A stretch of DNA of 64,000 nt from an uncultured Verrucomicrobiae bacterium (GTDB lineage Bacteria; Verrucomicrobiota; Verrucomicrobiia; Chthoniobacterales; JAATET01), in the NCBI GenBank assembly GCA_963719495.1, contig CAVRCI010000001.1, positions 354,864 to 418,863 of the forward strand. The letters run 5' to 3'. Made by a program: the position numbers and the translations under genes. Shown in pieces: positions 9,498-18,173 of the stretch. Within the stretch, counting starts at the first letter, position 1; every line of letters starts with the position of its first letter. Under the pieces are notes generated by a model that did no database searches, was not told where the DNA came from, and saw only the letters and a program-made list of their open reading frames with translations.

Positions 9498-12167
9498 ATG
9501 CCACCCAAAGCGTCCACCAAACGCGCCGCTTCCGCGAAGTCCGCGCGCGAATCCCGCCCCGCCAAGAAGCAACGCCGCAAAGAAGGCCCCGCCCTCCCAC
9601 CCGCCACCGACTGGCGCACCACCGACGCCGACGAACTCGCCAAACGCCAGCTCCGCGCCCGCGAGGAAAAATTCCGAATCACCCCGCTCGGCGACGCCCA
9701 CCCCATCTTCACCAACTTCGCCGTCGCCTCCCCCAGCGGCATGACCTACCACGCCGAGATCCGCGACCTCGCCACCCGGCAATTCTCCTGCACCTGCACC
9801 GACTTCCGCACCAACGGCCTCGGCACCTGCAAGCACCTCGAAGCCATCCTCCTCCACCTCGCCCGCCGCCACCGCGCCGACTTCAAAGCCGCCCAGCGCG
9901 TCCCCTCCCCTCACGTCGACATCGTCCCCGATCACGAATCCAACCGCCTCCGCGTCGAGCGCAACCTCGAAAAACTCCCACCCAAGCTCCGCGCCCACTT
10001 CGATCCCCACGGCCTCCAGCTCCCCGACATCACCCCCGAAGACCTCGCCACAAAACTCGCCGACTCCCGCTCCGCCGCCCCCCGCCTTTCTCAGGACGTC
10101 GCCCCCTGGCTCGCCGCCCGCGCCCGCGAGCGCGACCGCACCCTCTCCCGCCGCGACTACGAACTCGGCGTCCGCGAAGGCCGCCACCCCGAACACGTCA
10201 CTCTCAGCCCTCTCTTCCCCTACCAGCGTGAAGGCATGCTCCACCTCGCCTTCACCGAGCGCGCCCTCCTCGCCGACGAAATGGGCCTCGGCAAGACCAT
10301 CCAGGCCATCGCCGCCTGCGCCCTCCTCCACCACCTCGGCAAAGCCAGCCGCGTCCTCATCGTCACGCCCGCCTCCCTCAAAACCGAATGGGAGGAACAG
10401 ATCGAAAAATTCACCACCCTCCCGCTGCGCCTCGTTTTCGGCCCCCGCGCCGCCCGCACCCGCCTCTACGACGACCCCACGCCCCCCATCTTCACCATCG
10501 CCAACTACGAACAAATCCTCGCCGACACCCTCGACATCAACACCCGCCTGCGCCCCGACATCGTCGTCCTCGACGAAGCCCAGCGCATCAAGAACTGGTC
10601 CACCAAAACCGCCCAGGCCGTCAAACGCCTCGACAGCCGCTACGCCTTCGTCCTCACCGGCACCCCCATCGAAAACCGCATCGACGAACTCCGCTCCCTC
10701 GTCGATTTCCTCGACCCCGCCCTCCTCGGCCCCCTCTTCCGCTTCAACCGCGAATACTACCAACTCGACGAACGCGGCCGCCCCGAAGGCTACAAAAACC
10801 TCGACCGCCTCCGCGACCGCGTCCGCCCCCTCCTCCTGCGCCGCCGCAAAGCCGAGGTCGAGACGGAACTCCCCGACCGCACCGACCGCACCCACTTCAT
10901 CGCGCTCACCAAGACCATGCGCGACGACTACGCCGCCTACGAAGCCACCGTCACCAAACTCGCCAACGCCGGCAAACGCCGCCCCCTCACTCCCAAGGAG
11001 CAGGACATCCTCATGATCTCGCTCAACTGCATGCGCATGATCTGCGACAGCCCCGGCCTCATCAAAGACAACCCCTCCCGCGAGTGCCCCAAGCTCGACG
11101 AACTCACCCGCATCCTCGACGAACTCCTCGCCGACCCCGACGTCAAAGTCATTATCTTCTCCGAATGGGTCGGCATGCTCGAACGCATCCGCGAATACGC
11201 AGAAAAGGAAGACCTCGGCTACGCCTGGCACACCGGCAGCGTCCCCCAGCAGCGCCGCCGCGGCGAGATCCTCGCCTTCCGCTCCGACCCCGACTGCCGC
11301 CTCTTCCTCAGCACCGATTCCGGCGGCGTCGGCCTCAACCTCCAGAACGCCAGCGTCGTCATCAACTGCGACCTCCCCTGGAACCCCGCCCGCCTCGAGC
11401 AACGCATCGCCCGCGCCTGGCGCAAAGGCCAACTCCGCCCCGTCACCGTCATCAACCTCGTCGCCGAGAAAACCATCGAGCACGGCATGCTCGCCAGTCT
11501 CGCCCAGAAGATGGAACTCGCCTCAGGCGTCCTCGACGGCATCGGCGACCTCGGCAAAATCCAACTCAAAACCGGACGCCAGGCCCTCCTCAAGCGCCTC
11601 GAGCAAGTCATGGCCACCACCCCCTCCGGTTCCGCCCCGCCGCCATCCGCCGCCCCGGTCATCCCCTCCGACCCCGCCGCCAGCTTCGCCCAGCAGGCCA
11701 AATCCCGCCTCGGCGAACGCCTCACCCACTGCGAAGAAACCTACCTCCCCGGCTCCGCCAACCCCGTCATCCTCGCCGTCCTCCGCGACACCACCGGCAG
11801 CGCACCCGAGCAGATCGAGGCCATCTTCCGCGCCGCCACCTGGCGCGGCGACCCGCCCACTCTCCAAGTCCTCGACGCCACCGCCTGGGCCGCCCTCGAG
11901 AACCTCGCCGCCGCCGGAATGATCACCATCCACACCCGAGCCACCCGCCCCCTCCTCCCCGTCGACGGTCGGCCCACCCCACCCCCACTCACCGAAGAAG
12001 AACTCGCCAGGATCGCCGACCTCCGCGCCACCGCCGACAAAAAGCGCCGCGCCGCCGCAGCCCTCATCGCCGCCGATCTCCCCGAAGAAGCCACCCCGCT
12101 AACAGCCGCCGCCGAAACCGCCGAAACCCAGGCCCAAGCCATCGAAACCCGCCAACCCCCCAACTGA
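9498..12167 (+). CDS. SWIM zinc-finger SNF2-family helicase/ATPase
   Basis: SWIM CTC-x-CKH; LADEMGLGKT, DEAQ, LTGTPIEN, GLNLQ, WNPARLEQRIAR. Confidence 0.92.
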   Translation: MPPKASTKRAASAKSARESRPAKKQRRKEGPALPPATDWRTTDADELAKRQLRAREEKFRITPLGDAHPIFTNFAVASPSGMTYHAEIRDLATRQFSCTCTDFRTNGLGTCKHLEAILLHLARRHRADFKAAQRVPSPHVDIVPDHESNRLRVERNLEKLPPKLRAHFDPHGLQLPDITPEDLATKLADSRSAAPRLSQDVAPWLAARARERDRTLSRRDYELGVREGRHPEHVTLSPLFPYQREGMLHLAFTERALLADEMGLGKTIQAIAACALLHHLGKASRVLIVTPASLKTEWEEQIEKFTTLPLRLVFGPRAARTRLYDDPTPPIFTIANYEQILADTLDINTRLRPDIVVLDEAQRIKNWSTKTAQAVKRLDSRYAFVLTGTPIENRIDELRSLVDFLDPALLGPLFRFNREYYQLDERGRPEGYKNLDRLRDRVRPLLLRRRKAEVETELPDRTDRTHFIALTKTMRDDYAAYEATVTKLANAGKRRPLTPKEQDILMISLNCMRMICDSPGLIKDNPSRECPKLDELTRILDELLADPDVKVIIFSEWVGMLERIREYAEKEDLGYAWHTGSVPQQRRRGEILAFRSDPDCRLFLSTDSGGVGLNLQNASVVINCDLPWNPARLEQRIARAWRKGQLRPVTVINLVAEKTIEHGMLASLAQKMELASGVLDGIGDLGKIQLKTGRQALLKRLEQVMATTPSGSAPPPSAAPVIPSDPAASFAQQAKSRLGERLTHCEETYLPGSANPVILAVLRDTTGSAPEQIEAIFRAATWRGDPPTLQVLDATAWAALENLAAAGMITIHTRATRPLLPVDGRPTPPPLTEEELARIADLRATADKKRRAAAALIAADLPEEATPLTAAAETAETQAQAIETRQPPN

Positions 12168-12214
12168 ACCACCCTCCCCGCACGCCCAAACCCCAGATTC
12201 TCGGCGCTCTTCTC

Positions 12215-12250
12215 ACCGATAAAACGTAACGCCCGTCACGTTTTATCGGT
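12215..12250. repeat. Palindrome P2
   Basis: ACCGATAAAACGTAACGCCCGTCACGTTTTATCGGT, two differences from the P1 core; contains the stop codon of the PaaX-like gene. Confidence 0.97.
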
Positions 12251-13021
12251 AGAGCGTTCGACGAGCTTACCGAGCTTTGACAGCGTTCCAGCCCGCCGAT
12301 CCCACGCCTCCCGTCCCTTGTAATTCGGTGGGAGCAGTGCCTCCGGCAGGAGCGGATCCACCGCCATACACGCCATCCAGCGCCCCCGTTCCTCCGCCAT
12401 CCAACCTGCCAGCGACTCCTGCGAAGCTCGTTTGCCTGCGGCATCAAGGGTCTTCAAATGATCTCCGTGCCGCCGATAGCACCGCTGGATCTCCGCAAAG
12501 TCCCACGCCCTATCCACGATGTCGCAGTTCCGTTCCCCACCGCAGGCCAACCCCTCGAAAAACAGCAGGGTGCCAGCGTCCACCTTCAACGATTTCAGCC
12601 GTTCGCGCACCACCTCCAGACGATCCGGCGTCACCCAAACACTCTGCTGCAGGCATCCCAGATTCGCTCCGCGCAGCTTCCTCCTCAATCTGTGGCGTAG
12701 TGAGCGTTGCGACTCCGGCAGATCAAAGATCACCATTCGCCAGCTCCCATCCCACGGTCGCGCCCACCATTCCTCCGGGTCCCGCCCTCCCAAAGCCGCC
12801 AGCCGGCCCGCCTCAGTGAGGCGGTAAACCCGGTCCGTCGACCCAGGCTTCGTCGAAGACTCCAGCATCTGCAACTGCTCCAACGCGTGGACTTGCCGCA
12901 GAAAGCCACCGCGATAAGCCCATTCCTCGAACGACCCCGACAAATTACGAAAAGTCGGCTGCATCACCGTCTCAGCCGTCCACAGCAAATGATACATCAA
13001 CAACTCAGTCCGCGCCTTCAT
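12236..13021 (-). CDS. PaaX-family protein (winged helix, Cas2-like central domain, PaaX C-terminal domain)
   Basis: YRLTEAG, WDGSWRMVIFDLPE, LGCLQQSVWVTP, AWD, DPLLPEALLP; ATG at 13021 (MKARTE). Confidence 0.85.
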   Translation of the reverse strand: MKARTELLMYHLLWTAETVMQPTFRNLSGSFEEWAYRGGFLRQVHALEQLQMLESSTKPGSTDRVYRLTEAGRLAALGGRDPEEWWARPWDGSWRMVIFDLPESQRSLRHRLRRKLRGANLGCLQQSVWVTPDRLEVVRERLKSLKVDAGTLLFFEGLACGGERNCDIVDRAWDFAEIQRCYRRHGDHLKTLDAAGKRASQESLAGWMAEERGRWMACMAVDPLLPEALLPPNYKGREAWDRRAGTLSKLGKLVERSTDKT

Positions 13022-13034
13022 CCTCACAATCTCT

Positions 13035-13070
13035 ACCGATAAAACGTAACGGCCGCTATGTTTTATCGGT
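13035..13070. repeat. Palindrome P3
   Basis: ACCGATAAAACGTAACGGCCGCTATGTTTTATCGGT, 13 bp upstream of the PaaX-like start codon. Confidence 0.97.
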
Positions 13071-13123
13071 GAAGAGGTGCATCGAGTGACGGTAGGATTA
13101 TGTGAACCCTGGGTTTCCGTAGG

Positions 13124-15967
13124 TTGGAAGCGGCTCGCTACCCCCTTTCCGATGTGACCCCCTCCGCTCTCGACAACCACTCGCCACCCGCCGCCAAGAT
13201 CGCCCGTTACCGATCCCTCTTCCGCGGCCGCACCGACGTCTATCCCCGCCGATTCCAAAGCCGCCGCACCGGCAAATCCGGCTACTCGCCCGCCTGCGGC
13301 AACCAATGGGTCCGCGGCATTTGCGAAAAACCCCGCATCAAGTGCTCCGACTGCCCGCAACAGCACTGGCTCCCCGTCACCGACGATGTCATCCACTGGC
13401 ACCTCGCCGGTCAGGATTCGCAGCACCAGCCCTTCGTCATGGGCGTTTATCCCATGCTCCTCGACGAGAGCTGCTTCCTCCTCGCCGCCGATTTCGACGG
13501 CGACCAATGGCCCGAGGACACCGCCGCCTTCCGCGCGATCTGCGCGGACCGCGGCCTCCACCCCGCCCTCGAACGCTCCCGCTCCGGCAACGGCGCGCAC
13601 CTTTGGCGGTTCATCAACGAAGCCACCCCCGCCGCTCTCGCCCGCCGCCTCGGCACCCACCTTCTCACGGAAACCCTCGACCGCCGCCCCGGCCTCGGCC
13701 TCGCCTCCTACGACCGCTTCTTCCCGAATCAGGACAACCCTCCCCCGCGGCGGTTTCGGCAACCTCATCGCCCTCCCCCTCCAGAAAGCCGCCCGCGAAA
13801 ACGGTAACACCCTCTTCCTCGATGACCACCTCCGTCCCCACCCCGACCAGTGGGCGCACCTCGCCAGCCTCCCAAAAATCACTCGCCCTCAAATCGACGA
13901 CCTCATCGCCAAGGCCGAACGAAAAAACCGCATCCTCCCCGTGCGCCTCGCGCCCGACGAAGACTTCGCCCTCACCCCCTGGACCGTGCCCCCCTCCCGC
14001 CGCACCTCCGAGCCCCCCATCTCCGGGCCCATCCCTCCCACCCTCGACGTCATTCTCGCCGACCAGATCTACATCCCGAAAGCCGATCTTCCGCCCTCCC
14101 TCCGCAACCGCCTCATCCGCCTCGCCGCATTTCAGAATCCCGAATTCCACCGCGCCCAGGCCATGCGCCTGCCCACCTACGACAAACCCCGCATCATCGC
14201 CTGCGCCGAAGACTATCCCGCGCACATCGCCCTTCCACGCGGCTGTCTGGAAGACCTCCAAACCCTCCTCGGGAAACTTCACATTCGCCTCAAGGTGCGG
14301 GACGAACGCCAGCCCGGCACCCAGCTCGATGTCCGCTTCACCGCCACCCTCCGCCCCGAGCAGGAGGCCGCCGCCCTCGCCATGCTCGCCCACGACACCG
14401 GCGTCCTCGCCGCCACGACCGCCTTCGGCAAGACCGTCCTCACCGCCTGGCTCATCGCCCGGCGCGGAGTGAATACCCTCGTCCTTGTTCACCGCCAGCA
14501 ACTCATGGAGCAATGGTTCGAACGCCTCGCCACCTTCCTCGACCTGCCCGCAAAATCCATTGGTCGCTTGGGCGGCGGACGCCGCAAACTCACCGGCACC
14601 CTCGACATCGCCCTCATCCAGAGCCTCGTTCGCAAAGGCACCGTGGACGACCGCGTCGCCGACTACGGCCACCTCGTCATCGACGAATGCCACCACCTCC
14701 CCGCCCGCAGTTTCGAACTCGTCGCCCGCCGCGCCCAATCTCGATACGTCACCGGCCTGTCCGCCACCGTCACCCGCAAGGACGGCCACCACCCCATCAT
14801 CTTCATGCAGTGCGGACCCATCCGTCACCGCGTTGAAGCCAGGCAGCAGGCCGACGCCCGCCCCTTCACCCACCACGTCATCGTCCGCCCCACCGCGTTC
14901 CGCCCGCTGGACGACCCCTCCGACGACGCCCGCGTCGAGTTCCAACGCCTCTGCGACGCCCTCGTTCACGACGAAGCCCGCAACGCCCTCATCCACGCCG
15001 ATGTCACGCAAGCTCTCGCCGAGCGCCGCGTCCCCCTCGTTCTCACCGAACGGACCGCGCACCTCGACATCCTCGCCGCCAGCCTCGGCACCACTGGCGT
15101 TCCCATCATCCAACTCCGCGGCGGCCTCGGCAAAAAGCAACTCCACCACGCCCTCACCCAGCTTCGCGACCTCCCCGCATCCACCCCCCGCGTCATCCTC
15201 GCCACCGGGCGATTCATCGGCGAAGGCTTCGACGACCCCCGGCTCGAAACCCTTTTTCTCGCCATGCCCGTCTCCTGGCGCGGCACCATCACCCAATACG
15301 TCGGACGGCTCCACCGCCTCCACGACGGCAAACGCGAAGTCCGCGTCCACGACTACGCCGATCTCGACATCCCCATGCTCTCCCGCATGTTCGACCGCCG
15401 CTGTGTCGGCTACGAAGCCGCCGGCTACACCATCCTTCTACCCGCGAGCGCCCCCCCCCCGGCTGGCCGGTCGAGACACTCCTCCCCGTCGAACCCGAGT
15501 GGAAACGCGACTACGCCGGCAGTGTCCGCCGCCTCATCCGCGACGGCGTCGACCGCCCCCTCGCCAATCTCTTCCTCCACGCCACCCAGCCGCACCCCGG
15601 CCCCGATCACGCCCGCAGCGCCAGCGAAGCCTTCCTCCACCGCCGCCTCGAGACCCTCCCAGCCACCCGCGGCCGCTTCCGCCTCAACACCAGACTCCCC
15701 ATCCCCTTCGATCAGGAAGGCCGCATGGAAGTCGACTTCTACTGCGAGGAAGCCCACCTCGCCATCGAACTCGACGGCCCCCAGCACCTCGCCAACGAAG
15801 ACGCCTGGCGCCGCGACCGCCGCAAAGACGCCCTCCTCCAGCGGCACGGCATCCTCATCCTCCGCTTCCTCGCCACCGACGTCTGCAAAGACCTCGCCAC
15901 CATCCTCGACACCATCCAGGCCGCCCTCGCCAACCGCCACACAACCGCAAAAATTTCCGCGCGATGA
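13124..15967 (+). pseudogene. Primase-like (TOTE-type AEP) + SF2 helicase + DUF559-like endonuclease fusion, with two apparent frameshifts (about 13737 and 15451-15460)
   Basis: FRGRTDVY...GYSPAC...CEKPRIKCSDC, DFD and ERSRSGNGAH, then FFPNQD/LPRGGFGNLIALPLQ across a frameshift. ATTAFGKT, DECHH, GLSAT and QYVGRLHR follow. After the C10 run come SASEAFL and EVDFYC...IELDGPQH...DRRKD. May be intact with sequencing errors. Confidence 0.8.
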
Positions 15968-15999
15968 TCCCCACGCCCCTCGCTCACGACCCGACAGCG

Positions 16000-16037
16000 T
16001 TACCGATAAAACGTAACGGCCGTTACATTCTATCGGT
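16000..16037. repeat. Palindrome P4
   Basis: TTACCGATAAAACGTAACGGCCGTTACATTCTATCGGT, two differences from P1. Confidence 0.97.
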
Positions 16038-16177
16038 CACAGTATGGGCAAAATTCGGTGATCGGGTCGAACGACGATTTTGCCACGCGGCCAGTGTCGC
16101 CGGAACCAAGAAGGGGGGCCGAACGGTGTCCGTTTTGTCGGCACATCTTTTTGACGCTGGCTCACACGGATGTGGTG

Positions 16178-16966
16178 TCACCACCGCGTTCCGCCGAACC
16201 AATCTTCTTCCTCGCGGATCAGCTTTTCGACCATGCCTTCGCGGTCGTTGAGGAAACGCCGCGTGAGAATGTAATGATCCGTTTCTTCGTAGGCGACGGG
16301 GCGCATCCCGTCCTCGTCGAGCTGGTAGATCTCCGCCTCGGGATAGGCCAGCAGGATGGGCGAGTGGGTCGCGATCACCATTTGAGATCGATGGAGAACG
16401 AGCCGGTGCATGAGCACCAACATCGCCAACTGTCTCTGGGGCGAGAGCGCGGCTTCGGGTTCGTCGAAGACGTAGAATCCACCTCCGTTGAGCCGATTGT
16501 TCAGAAGGCTGAAAAACGCTTCTCCGTGCGACTGTTCGTGCAGGGATTTACCGCCGTAGGCCGCGGTGAGCGGCATCCCGCCATCCGGTCCTTCATCGAG
16601 TTCCTCGAGGTTGGTCGCGAGATTGTAGAAGCTCTCCGCCCGCAGAAAATAGCCATCCGTCATCCGCGTGCCCCCGGGAGCCAGCCGGATGGCACTGGCG
16701 AGCTCCGATTGGCTCTCTCGCGTGGCGAAGCGAAAATTCCGGCTCCCGCCCTCGGGGTTGAAGCCGGCGTTGATCGCGATGGCTTCGATGAGAGTTGATT
16801 TCCCGCTGCCATTTTCGCCGACCAGAAACGTGACCGGAGAGTCGAAGCGAAGCCGGTCCAATTCGCGCACCGCCGGGATGGAAAACGGATAATCCCCGCC
16901 CTGCCGCCCGCCCCGCCAATTCACCCCGCTGTAGTAGCTCGCGCGCCCGGGTTTGGTTGTTCGCAT
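16178..16966 (-). CDS. Stand-alone ABC/AAA-type ATPase (COG3910-like)
   Basis: GENGSGKS, GFNPEGGS, FLRAESF, QSHGE, FDEPEAALSPQRQ, IATHSPILL. Confidence 0.88.
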   Translation of the reverse strand: MRTTKPGRASYYSGVNWRGGRQGGDYPFSIPAVRELDRLRFDSPVTFLVGENGSGKSTLIEAIAINAGFNPEGGSRNFRFATRESQSELASAIRLAPGGTRMTDGYFLRAESFYNLATNLEELDEGPDGGMPLTAAYGGKSLHEQSHGEAFFSLLNNRLNGGGFYVFDEPEAALSPQRQLAMLVLMHRLVLHRSQMVIATHSPILLAYPEAEIYQLDEDGMRPVAYEETDHYILTRRFLNDREGMVEKLIREEEDWFGGTRW

Positions 16967-17014
16967 TCCGGGAAAATAGGCAGAGCCCGCTTTCCAGACA
17001 ATGATTGTGCGCCT

Positions 17015-17995
17015 ATGACCACCGACCAAGCCCTCGACTCACTCCGCGACCAGATCCGCCGCCAACGTCTTTCACTTTCCACCGAACGCACTTACCTCCA
17101 GTGGCTGCGCCGCTACGTCGATTATCTCAAACACCATCCCCAGCTCTCCGCGGACCCCGGTCCCAAAAAAATCACGGATTTCCTGACGTCGCTGGCGGTT
17201 TCCCGCACCTCCGCGTCCGGCCAGAACCAAGCGCTCGCCGCCGTTCTGTTCTTCTATAAGCACGTCCTCGAGCAGGATCCCGGTCCGATCAAAGCTCTGC
17301 GCGTCCGACGTCCCGAGGGGCACCGCCACGCTCCCAGCCAGACGGACACGTTGCGGCTGCTCGATTCGATTCAAGACACTCCGCAATACCCAATTCGCCT
17401 CGTCGTCCACCTGCTCTACGGTTGCGGTCTTCGGCTGAATGAAGCCCTCGACTTTCGAATGAAAGACGTCGATCTCGACGGGAACCGCTTGATTATCCGC
17501 GAAGCCAAGGGAAACAAAACGCGCATCGTCGCGCTGCCGGGAGGTCTGCGGACCGCTCTGGCGACCCAGATGCAATCCGTGCGAAGAATCTGGGAGCGGG
17601 ATCAGTGGAACGCCATTCCGGTCCCGCTCCCCGACCGTCTCCTCGAAAAGTCGCGACGTTGGGAGGCGACCCTGGCCTGGTATTGGCTCTTCCCCGCCGC
17701 CAAGCCCTGCCTTGACCCGCGTTCCGGCCGCCGCGTGCGCTGGCGATGTCATCAGGCCACCATTCAGCGCGCCGTCGGGAGGGCCAGCGACCAACTTGGC
17801 TTTTCGCTCCCGATCACTCCGCATCATTTGCGCCACGCCTACGCGACCCACGCGCTCGAACGCGGGGCCAACATCCGGGCGCTCCAGCTCGCGATGGGAC
17901 ACAAATCGCTGGAGACGACGCAAGGTTACCTGACCTCCGATGCGCTGAACGTTCCGAGTCCGCTGGATGGACTCGATCTTGATTGTGAGCTGTGA
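17015..17995 (+). CDS. Integron-integrase-like tyrosine recombinase
   Basis: SAM-like N-terminus (TERTYLQW, SASGQNQALAAVLFFY); catalytic YGCGLR, KGNK, HHLRH, MGH and TTQGY; IntI-type insert VPLP...WYWLFP...DPRSG. Confidence 0.85.
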   Translation: MTTDQALDSLRDQIRRQRLSLSTERTYLQWLRRYVDYLKHHPQLSADPGPKKITDFLTSLAVSRTSASGQNQALAAVLFFYKHVLEQDPGPIKALRVRRPEGHRHAPSQTDTLRLLDSIQDTPQYPIRLVVHLLYGCGLRLNEALDFRMKDVDLDGNRLIIREAKGNKTRIVALPGGLRTALATQMQSVRRIWERDQWNAIPVPLPDRLLEKSRRWEATLAWYWLFPAAKPCLDPRSGRRVRWRCHQATIQRAVGRASDQLGFSLPITPHHLRHAYATHALERGANIRALQLAMGHKSLETTQGYLTSDALNVPSPLDGLDLDCEL

Positions 17996-18046
17996 ATTTA
18001 CGGGGAGGCCGGTCGCATTTGGGTGAAATCTGAATCCCGTTGGGTG

Positions 18047-18153
18047 CGTTGACGTTGCGCGAAAGCCAGGGAACGCGCGGCGCGCCTTCCCTACCATCCG
18101 AGGGTGGGGCGTTTCGCGCCGCAAGCGCCGTGGCTGCCTCGCTGACGTTAGCC
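18047..18153. repeat. Long imperfect hairpin: an inverted GTAG-type REP-like pair with attC-like outer ends
   Basis: Inner GGGAACGCGCGGCGCGCCTTCCCTACC and GGTGGGGCGTTTCGCGCCGCAAGCGCC; outer CGTTGAC...GTTAGCC with GCGAAAGCCA pairing to TGGCTGCCTCGC. Confidence 0.55.
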
Positions 18154-18173
18154 GTCACCCCAGCGCGTCGTCT

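Noticed and set aside
13022..13882. N-terminal half of the 548-aa ORF 12236-13882
   Set aside because: It is antisense to the primase domain and runs through P3; the PaaX-like protein plausibly starts at ATG 13021.
13730..15460. Programmed frameshifts in the primase-helicase gene (likewise GT2 at about 52146 and the hypothetical at about 59800)
   Set aside because: These are small indels, several at doubled bases or a C10 run, in otherwise intact genes. Sequencing error or recent inactivation is more likely; reads are needed.
9420..16037. CRISPR array (36-bp repeats near a protein with a Cas2-like domain)
   Set aside because: The intervals are 0.8-3 kb whole genes rather than 30-40 bp spacers, there is no cas1, and the protein is full-length PaaX-like.
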